From an uncultured virus (IMG/VR IMGVR_UViG_3300005764_000015) (taxonomy: Duplodnaviria > Heunggongvirae > Uroviricota > Caudoviricetes), in the IMG/VR virus record IMGVR_UViG_3300005764_000015, positions 1-64,000 of that record: 64,000 bases of DNA; one strand, given 5' to 3'. Position 1 is the stretch's first letter. Each line of letters starts with the position of its first letter. The position numbers and the translations under genes are program-made. Below the pieces are notes generated by a model. The model did not search any database and had not been told where the DNA came from. It saw nothing but the letters and a program-made list of their open reading frames with translations. Of the stretch, positions 9,592 through 16,222 are shown piece by piece.

Positions 9592-10695
9592 GTGGCTGAC
9601 AAAGATACCAAAACAACGGCAGATGACGGGTTTACGTTCAGCTCCACGTCTGAAGAGGCAGTGGGCGTTGCCTTCGGCGGTCCGCATATGTTTCCAAGGC
9701 TGGCCGGTGAAGACATCGGGCATCTAATGGTCCGCGGGGCCGAGACGATAGAGCCGGAGCTGTTCCGAAAACTGTATCCACGGCGTTACGCAGAGATCGG
9801 CGGGTTTCACTCAGCCAAAGTAGTCGCAGCATTCCTGACGGATGCAGTCGCCTCAGCTCGATGGCTCGACCTGGAGAATCTTCCAGCTGCAACGCGGTTG
9901 CTGTTGCCTGGATTGAAATTCCTGATGGAAATGAAGATGCCGATGATGTTTCTCGATCCGAAACTGGTCGAGGCAGTCAAGCGGACAGATTTCCCGGACG
10001 CGATCAACTGGCAGGAAATGCATCTGCCGTACGAGCATGGCATCTTCATGCTCCCGAAGGGAACGCTGGTGCATCCAGTCGACGGGGAAGCAGTCTGTAT
10101 CATCTATTCGCGGATGCCGCCTGGTATCTACTACCCGCCGGAACAAGGAAAGCTGCCGAGGCTGGAGCACACGCAGGGGACATTCTCGTTTCTGGCGTTA
10201 ACGACCAAGAACGGCGTCTGGTACGATGGGAATTTGACAGATGAATCGTCGCCGCTGGTGAAGCTGAATAATCTGTTCTACAGCATCGGTGAGGAATACG
10301 GGCACGGTCCGCATCTGCCAACGCCAACGATTCTGGATCACAAGCTGAATCACGAGGACAGCATATTCCTCGAATCGGTCGCCACGCTGATGTTCGGCAC
10401 GTTCATGGTGATGGACGCAAAGCCGGAGCTACATGAGAAGGCAAAGTTAGAAAGAAAGGTCAAGAGCAAGATAGGGCCGCCGATCGAATACTGGTCGCCT
10501 AACGTTATCGGCAAGTATTACAAGCCAAAAGTAATCCGCACCGATCACGGCACCCACGCCTCACCCAGAATGCACTGGAGACGGGGCCACACACGGGAGC
10601 AGGCGCATGGACCGCAAAGGTCACTTAGAAAAACAATTTGGATCGAGCCTATGTTAGTATCAGCTACGGCAGAAGAGAAGGATAAGCATGGCTGA
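9592..10695 (+). CDS. Conserved phage protein of unknown function (C-terminal HWRRGH motif)
   Basis: SPRMHWRRGHTREQAHGPQRSLRKTIWIEP. Confidence 0.75.
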   Translation: MADKDTKTTADDGFTFSSTSEEAVGVAFGGPHMFPRLAGEDIGHLMVRGAETIEPELFRKLYPRRYAEIGGFHSAKVVAAFLTDAVASARWLDLENLPAATRLLLPGLKFLMEMKMPMMFLDPKLVEAVKRTDFPDAINWQEMHLPYEHGIFMLPKGTLVHPVDGEAVCIIYSRMPPGIYYPPEQGKLPRLEHTQGTFSFLALTTKNGVWYDGNLTDESSPLVKLNNLFYSIGEEYGHGPHLPTPTILDHKLNHEDSIFLESVATLMFGTFMVMDAKPELHEKAKLERKVKSKIGPPIEYWSPNVIGKYYKPKVIRTDHGTHASPRMHWRRGHTREQAHGPQRSLRKTIWIEPMLVSATAEEKDKHG

Positions 10696-10993
10696 CGATA
10701 ACGGGGCAGGAAGAATAGATCGCATAGAGCAAGCATTGGAGCGCCTGGTAGACACGATGGCAATGGCTGATCGTCGCCTTGAGGCAAGATTTACGCAGTT
10801 GAGTTACTTGATCAACGATATGCATGAAGCTACAGCCAAGGAATTCAAGTTTATGCTTGGCTGGCAAGTCATTGCCCAGGAACAGATGGACAAGCAGACT
10901 GCGTTGCAACGGGTGAGAGATGAGCGTATAGAAAAGCTTATCCTTGCCATTGGCGAACTGATCAAACGGTTGCCAGAAAGAAAGGAAGGGTAG
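10688..10993 (+). CDS. Small coiled-coil protein
   Basis: RIDRIEQALERL...DERIEKLILAIGELI. Confidence 0.7.
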   Translation: MADDNGAGRIDRIEQALERLVDTMAMADRRLEARFTQLSYLINDMHEATAKEFKFMLGWQVIAQEQMDKQTALQRVRDERIEKLILAIGELIKRLPERKEG

Positions 10994-10997
10994 CAAT

Positions 10998-11405
10998 ATC
11001 TGGTTATTTACGATACATGGATTTTTCAGTGTTTCAGTGCTGGGCAACAGCGTGATGGTGCGCGCCAGATGCAGGAGTCATCTGGAAAAGCTGGTCAAGC
11101 GCTTCGAAATTCTCAAGTCGCCGGCCATCGAGGAGACGCCGCAGAGCGATTACCGCTTCAGAATTCGCATTGACCGGAAGCGATACAAGCAGCTGGTGTC
11201 CGCACTGGCAGAGCAGCAGAACTGGACTAACTTCAAGGAAGCCGTGGAACTGACCGCGGGCCAGACAGTAGAAGATGAGCTTTACATAGAAGCATTGCAC
11301 AAGATCTGGCAAGTCATGTTCGACGTGCAGTGTGACTCGCTGTGCGGCACGCAGTCGAAAGGACTGCCAGCCGCCACAATTGCTCGGATACGAGAATGGC
11401 TATGA
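10998..11405 (+). CDS. Hypothetical protein, apparent ATC start (or mutated start)
   Basis: AAGGAAGGG RBS then ATC-TGG-TTA-TTT-ACG (xWLFTIHGFFSV...VRAR...DYRFR...NFK); in-frame stop at 10959. Confidence 0.6.
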   Translation: MWLFTIHGFFSVSVLGNSVMVRARCRSHLEKLVKRFEILKSPAIEETPQSDYRFRIRIDRKRYKQLVSALAEQQNWTNFKEAVELTAGQTVEDELYIEALHKIWQVMFDVQCDSLCGTQSKGLPAATIARIREWL

Positions 11406-11646
11406 GCAGGGCGACGAAATGCTCAAGTCTGCTGAAGGCGAGCTTGAGAAGGGCGTGTTCCAATCCTACCAGGAAGTGCTGGAACATTTGTTCTACAAGT
11501 TTAATCGTGACGATCGCCCGAACGGGCAGACTGCTCATAGTTTATCTGTGGGCGACGTGGTTGTTCTAAACAATATGGTCTGCATGATGGGCTTTGCACA
11601 GATCGAGTTTAATCCAGTGGTTGTAAAGGAGCAGAATGAACGATAA
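11332..11646 (+). CDS. YodL-like domain protein (start uncertain)
   Basis: LEHLFYKFN...HSLSVGDVVVL. Confidence 0.55.
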   Translation: MTRCAARSRKDCQPPQLLGYENGYEQGDEMLKSAEGELEKGVFQSYQEVLEHLFYKFNRDDRPNGQTAHSLSVGDVVVLNNMVCMMGFAQIEFNPVVVKEQNER

Positions 11647-12013
11647 ACAGAAAGTCCCACTGAATGTCGGCTGGCTCAGCGAGAACGACTTGCTGACTAA
11701 GGCAGCTGGTATGTTGGGCTATGAATTGGGGCCAGCAAATGAGGAGTCGATCATCGTTACTGGTCACAAAGATGCCAAGCCCGCGGACTACCCGTCAGTT
11801 TATCCGTTCTACATGATGTGGGACGAAAACCTGATGTTTACTGTGGCACAGCTGCTTGAACTGGGCTTCGAGCCAGGAGAGTTTAAGTATTGTGAGTGCT
11901 GCAAAAAGCTCCAGGTTGATTGTGATCGTGATGTTGCAGAGTCAATGGATGTGCTGCGGGATCTGGGAGCGCTTGGCTACGATCAGATGCATCAGGATCT
12001 AAGCGACGATTAG
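11636..12013 (+). CDS. Hypothetical protein
   Basis: AAGGAG RBS; 125 aa. Confidence 0.65.
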   Translation: MNDKQKVPLNVGWLSENDLLTKAAGMLGYELGPANEESIIVTGHKDAKPADYPSVYPFYMMWDENLMFTVAQLLELGFEPGEFKYCECCKKLQVDCDRDVAESMDVLRDLGALGYDQMHQDLSDD

Positions 12014-12021
12014 GAGCAAAC

Positions 12022-12288
12022 ATGGAAGATCAAAAGCCGGGCGATACAATATTTGTGTCTAAAGTTGAGCTAGCAGGCTGGGGTGGAGGTCCCGGCATGA
12101 CGTTCGCAATTCGTTTAATCGGCAATGCAACGGTCAGGATGGCACCGGATTTCCCTGGTTTAATTGAGTATACGGCGGATGAAGATATATTTGATGATCC
12201 GTTTCGTAATGAGCGAAAGCAGCTATACAAGAAGGGCGATGTTCTGCTCTTTGCTCCAAATCATGTTCGGCTGATGGAGGCAGTATAG
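12022..12288 (+). CDS. Hypothetical protein
   Basis: AGGAG RBS; 88 aa; followed by a terminator. Confidence 0.65.
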   Translation: MEDQKPGDTIFVSKVELAGWGGGPGMTFAIRLIGNATVRMAPDFPGLIEYTADEDIFDDPFRNERKQLYKKGDVLLFAPNHVRLMEAV

Positions 12289-12338
12289 AACAGAACAGTT
12301 ACAATAGTTTAATCAACGCTTTGGTTGAAGACCGCCTT

Positions 12339-12367
12339 GGCCCGGTGCAATGCCGGGCCTTTATTTT
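12339..12367 (+). terminator. Intrinsic terminator
   Basis: GGCCCGG/CCGGGCC stem followed by TTTATTTT. Confidence 0.8.
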
Positions 12368-12407
12368 GTCTGATGTTTGCTCGGATACGAGAGGAGTAAA
12401 TCCCGTT

Positions 12408-12441
12408 CGCCGTTGGCTGCTCCAGGGAACGTTAGTATCCT
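12408..12441 (+). promoter_or_regulatory. Putative late promoter (CGCCGTWGGC class)
   Basis: CGCCGTTGGC box; TTGGCT-17 nt-TATCCT; same box at 18680 and 35012. Confidence 0.5.
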
Positions 12442-12460
12442 CGCTCTAGGAGCACCAGCG

Positions 12461-13051
12461 GTGATTACAGCAAGTCCAGCTACCCTGCGCAGGCTAATTC
12501 TTCAACGCCCCGGCACGCTGCTGCAGCCCATTCAACCCAAACCATTACCCAACCTGCAGCGATTCAACCTGATGGGCGGTGGTCCCGGCTCCGGATGTCA
12601 TGGCGACCAGTGTGGGCGTCCTGCAGGCTCTGGATCGGAGCAGAGCCGTGCAGAGCGTGCTTCGGCAACATACAAGCCTTCGACCAGAGAAAAGCAGCGG
12701 ATAGCAGACGAGTCGGAACGTGATCTTAGCATAGCGTTGAAGATGGACCGCACGCCCGACAACGCAGCCTTCGATTTGAAGATTCCTGCAGCACCACCAG
12801 CAAAGGGCGTCGGTGTGGAAATCAAGACGTTCATCGACAACTCGAACAGCAAGATCACGATGCACAAGGAATCGCTGGCGCGGAAGGTCAAGGCTGCTAA
12901 GAAAGAAAAGCTAAACGCGCATACGGTGGTGGTCGATAAGAGAGAACCCGGCACAGAACGCTACTTCTATCGCAAGGGCGTCGGTTCGTTCTATCTCCGC
13001 ACCATGAAAGAAGTAAGCATCAAAGAATTGAGAGGGATACTAATCGCATGA
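12461..13051 (+). CDS. Tagged effector 1: PD-(D/E)xK-type nuclease
   Basis: AGGAG RBS then GTG at 12461; tag GGGPGSGCHGDQCGRP; NAAFDLK...GVEIKT catalytic-like motif. Confidence 0.65.
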   Translation: MITASPATLRRLILQRPGTLLQPIQPKPLPNLQRFNLMGGGPGSGCHGDQCGRPAGSGSEQSRAERASATYKPSTREKQRIADESERDLSIALKMDRTPDNAAFDLKIPAAPPAKGVGVEIKTFIDNSNSKITMHKESLARKVKAAKKEKLNAHTVVVDKREPGTERYFYRKGVGSFYLRTMKEVSIKELRGILIA

Positions 13052-13326
13052 GCTACGAAGTAATCGGCGACAGCAAGCCGCTGGGACAGTTTGCCAGCAA
13101 CAAGGGCTACACGGACCTGATAGACGCTGCAGATGCCGCAGCAGACAAGTATCCCGCACTGCAGGGGCTGTTCGATACGGGCAGGTCAAAGAATGTAGCC
13201 AAAGTCATCACGGAACTGAACACACTTGCGGCAACGGCTTCTAAAGATGTAGCTTCGACAGCAAGGACGCTGGTTTCACTCATTGCAGGGAAAAAGAAAA
13301 TTGTCATATCGGATGGTGTCTCATGA
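13048..13326 (+). CDS. Small protein coupled to effector 1 (candidate immunity/partner)
   Basis: ATGA overlaps on both sides; 92 aa. Confidence 0.6.
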   Translation: MSYEVIGDSKPLGQFASNKGYTDLIDAADAAADKYPALQGLFDTGRSKNVAKVITELNTLAATASKDVASTARTLVSLIAGKKKIVISDGVS

Positions 13327-14735
13327 AGCTATTCCTACCGCCTCCAGCAATGCCACCCGACTTAGCGAGCAGCATATTGCTCAGAATGCGTGTCCGCTAC
13401 ATCAACGCCGGAGGACCTGGATCGGGCTGTCACGGTCCTAACTGCGGCAGACCGCCGGGGCCTGGAAAAGATGCCCCGATGGGTGACGCGCCCGGCAGCA
13501 CCGGGTTCTTACTCAAAGATCGCGGCTGGACAGAAACCGGCAAGCAGGACCTGAAAGGCAAGACAGCCCGCGTGTATGAGCACCCGATCCACGGGAAGTT
13601 AGTGGTTTCAAATAACTGGTACGAGCATTACGACAAGGGTGGCACGAAAGTCGGCGAGAAGACAGATCTGGTGAAGGGTACACCGCTGTCGGAAAAGCTG
13701 GCAAAATACATGGATGACAAGGGTGGCATGTCGGGCAAGATAACTCCGCCTACCAAGCCTACGCCTCCGCCACCGACAATCACCAAGCCTGCGCCCGTGA
13801 AACCGCCACCGCCACCGCCAGAAAAGAAAGCCAAGCCAGAGCCGCCCGCGCCAGCCGTGGTCAAGCCCGGCACTTACGAAAAAGGCGCCGAAGAATTCCA
13901 CGCTGCCACGCTCAAGCTACTAGATACGCCAGGGCTGGACACCGCCAAGCAAGCTATCGAAAAAGCGCAGGCAAACTACGAAGCTGCTACCAAAGAGTAC
14001 AGCGCATTTACGAAGACGCTTTATGGAAACGAAGGCGCCTGGGATAAGCCGGAAAACAAAGCCAAGCTGAGCGAGCTGTACAATAAGCAGGATGAAGCCA
14101 ACGATGCGCTTCACGAAGCGAAGGCCGCACAAGAGGCAGCCAAGACAGCAGTGAGGGACAAGTTCAATACGCTTTTGCGCGGTGGAGCTCCTGCAGCCAA
14201 GATCGGAACAAAAGCTTACGGAGCATTCGGTATCGGCAATCTAGCGTCTAAGTCAGCAGCAGCATTGGGGCAGATGCTACCGCAGAAATTCGTAAATTAC
14301 GCCAAGGTGGATACCTGCAATTTCAAGCAGAAGGGCGGCAGGAGGGCTTACTACAGCGAGGAAGGATTCCCCGGCGGAGCGGTGTTCATCAATCCCGGCA
14401 GCGGCAACGTCCAGACTGGAGTTCACGAGATGGGGCACTGGCTGGAATACAAAGTGCCCGGCTTACAGAAAGAAGCAACGGATTTTCTCAATCGCCGAAC
14501 AGCGGGAGAATTCGCACAAAAGCTGAAGAAGCTCACCGGCAAGAATTACAAGTCCAGCGAGGTAGCCAAGCCGGACAAGTTCACTAACCCGTACATTGGC
14601 AAGATCTACCCGCATGGGGCTACAGAAATCATCTCGATGGGCATGGAACAGCTGTACCACAACCCGGCGGGATTCGCCAAGGATGACCCGGACTACTTCA
14701 AGTTCATGTACAGTGTTATTCATAAAAAGAGGTAG
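13323..14735 (+). CDS. Tagged effector 2: zincin metallopeptidase
   Basis: INA-GGPGSGCHGPNCGRP tag; Pro-rich linker; coiled coil; VHEMGHWLE and downstream EIISMGME. Confidence 0.8.
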   Translation: MKLFLPPPAMPPDLASSILLRMRVRYINAGGPGSGCHGPNCGRPPGPGKDAPMGDAPGSTGFLLKDRGWTETGKQDLKGKTARVYEHPIHGKLVVSNNWYEHYDKGGTKVGEKTDLVKGTPLSEKLAKYMDDKGGMSGKITPPTKPTPPPPTITKPAPVKPPPPPPEKKAKPEPPAPAVVKPGTYEKGAEEFHAATLKLLDTPGLDTAKQAIEKAQANYEAATKEYSAFTKTLYGNEGAWDKPENKAKLSELYNKQDEANDALHEAKAAQEAAKTAVRDKFNTLLRGGAPAAKIGTKAYGAFGIGNLASKSAAALGQMLPQKFVNYAKVDTCNFKQKGGRRAYYSEEGFPGGAVFINPGSGNVQTGVHEMGHWLEYKVPGLQKEATDFLNRRTAGEFAQKLKKLTGKNYKSSEVAKPDKFTNPYIGKIYPHGATEIISMGMEQLYHNPAGFAKDDPDYFKFMYSVIHKKR

Positions 14736-14737
14736 AT

Positions 14738-14989
14738 ATGCCGACGACGATTCTTATCAACGGTGCACGGGCAACGGTCGACAACGATGGTAAGTGGACT
14801 CTGGGCAAGAGCCTACCGCCGCAGATGGGCAAGATACTGCAGCAAATAACGAAGCATGCCCTGGCCGAACTTAGCCCGGCAGATGGCGAGCCGAGCCACG
14901 AGATTGCCAGTAAAGCCGTCAAGGCGCTTGGCGGAAAAATCATCGAGAGCACCATCGTCGACGATGCGCCGCCGGATGCAGTGCTATGA
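14738..14989 (+). CDS. Small protein coupled to effector 2 (candidate immunity/partner)
   Basis: GAGG RBS; 83 aa. Confidence 0.6.
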   Translation: MPTTILINGARATVDNDGKWTLGKSLPPQMGKILQQITKHALAELSPADGEPSHEIASKAVKALGGKIIESTIVDDAPPDAVL

Positions 14990-16092
14990 TAGAAAAAATC
15001 ACGATCCACTTTGATACCGATTTCCAAGCAGCAACGGATGCGGTGGCCCCAGATGACCTCAGCGACAGTGAGTACTACACCGTTACACCAGAGCAGGCAG
15101 AAGAGCGCAGAAAATATTTGACGTCGGAAGGCCCAATAGAAACGCTGGAAAGCATGCTTGCCATGCTAGACGCGGAAGCAGCACTTGATGCAGTAGAAAG
15201 TGGCGAGGCAGATGTCAACCTAAGTGCAGCAGAAGAAATGTTCAATCGCATAGATGCTGGCGGGCCTGGCAGCGGCTGTCACGGTGATAACTGTGGTCGC
15301 CCGGCAGGTGCAGGCGGAGAGGGCATATCCAAGGCTTACGCAGATAATTTGTCGAAGGCCAAAGCGCTGCTGGAAAAATATGCAGCAGACAAAGAGCCTG
15401 AATATCAGGGCCACGTGAAGCTGCCGAATAAAACCATGTACAACAAAGATCGAACGAACAGGTGGATGCAGAGGCTGGAAGAAGGCCAGCCTCGAGAAGA
15501 AGCAGCAAAAGGGCTGGGGCTGTATGTCGAGCTAGCCAACTCGATGGGTCTGGGACCGAAGCACTTACAAGCCGTGGCCAAGTACATGGATGACTGGACG
15601 AATGAGTCGGATGCGGGCGGCGGAAAATACGTGCAGGAAAAAGGCCAGGAAATCGTCGACGGCCATTGCTGCTCGGATGCGCGTGCCAAGGCCATGATGG
15701 TGGAATATCTGATTACGCAGGCAAAGCTCGAGAAGAAATATCCAAGTGGAATGATTCCCGTGCTATATCGCGGCGTGTACGGCGACCATGCAGCAGGCTT
15801 GAAAGACCAGGCTTCAATGGCGCGCACTAAAGAGGTCAGCATTCGGACCAGAGGTGCAGAAAGCTTTTCGGCGAGTTACGAAAAGGCAAAAGACTTTGCT
15901 GATAGCCACGAACATGGCGTGGTCATCGAAGAACACAACGTGCCGATCACGCATGTAATTTCGTCGTTCGACACGTCGCCGGGATACTTTGCTGGCCTGG
16001 CAGATGAGCGGGAGTATGTACTGTCTCATCCGGGTGCGGGCATGAAAGTGCCCAAGCAGCATATCAAAGACGTGTCGATGTACGGAGATTAG
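14986..16092 (+). CDS. Tagged effector 3: ADP-ribosyltransferase (R-S-E type)
   Basis: Acidic N-terminal segment; IDA-GGPGSGCHGDNCGRP; LYRGV, ESFSAS, EREYV. Confidence 0.75.
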   Translation: MIEKITIHFDTDFQAATDAVAPDDLSDSEYYTVTPEQAEERRKYLTSEGPIETLESMLAMLDAEAALDAVESGEADVNLSAAEEMFNRIDAGGPGSGCHGDNCGRPAGAGGEGISKAYADNLSKAKALLEKYAADKEPEYQGHVKLPNKTMYNKDRTNRWMQRLEEGQPREEAAKGLGLYVELANSMGLGPKHLQAVAKYMDDWTNESDAGGGKYVQEKGQEIVDGHCCSDARAKAMMVEYLITQAKLEKKYPSGMIPVLYRGVYGDHAAGLKDQASMARTKEVSIRTRGAESFSASYEKAKDFADSHEHGVVIEEHNVPITHVISSFDTSPGYFAGLADEREYVLSHPGAGMKVPKQHIKDVSMYGD

Positions 16093-16093
16093 C

Positions 16094-16222
16094 ATGGCTG
16101 ACGAAGAAGAAAAAGAATTCGACATAGACTTGTCCGACGATCCCAACAGCAAGTGGATGCACCAGATGCGCGAGAAAAAGAAGGAGTACGAGCCAGAGCC
16201 GGATCCACTGGAGGACGAATGA
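16094..16222 (+). CDS. 42-aa acidic peptide after the ART (not in the ORF track)
   Basis: GGAG RBS; MADEEEKEFDIDLSDDPNSKWMHQMREKKKEYEPEPDPLEDE; stop overlaps the next ATG. Confidence 0.6.
   Translation: MADEEEKEFDIDLSDDPNSKWMHQMREKKKEYEPEPDPLEDE

Noticed and set aside
16153..16218. Upstream start for the 828-aa ORF
   Set aside because: ATG 16219 has a GGAGG RBS, and the upstream region codes the 42-aa peptide in another frame.
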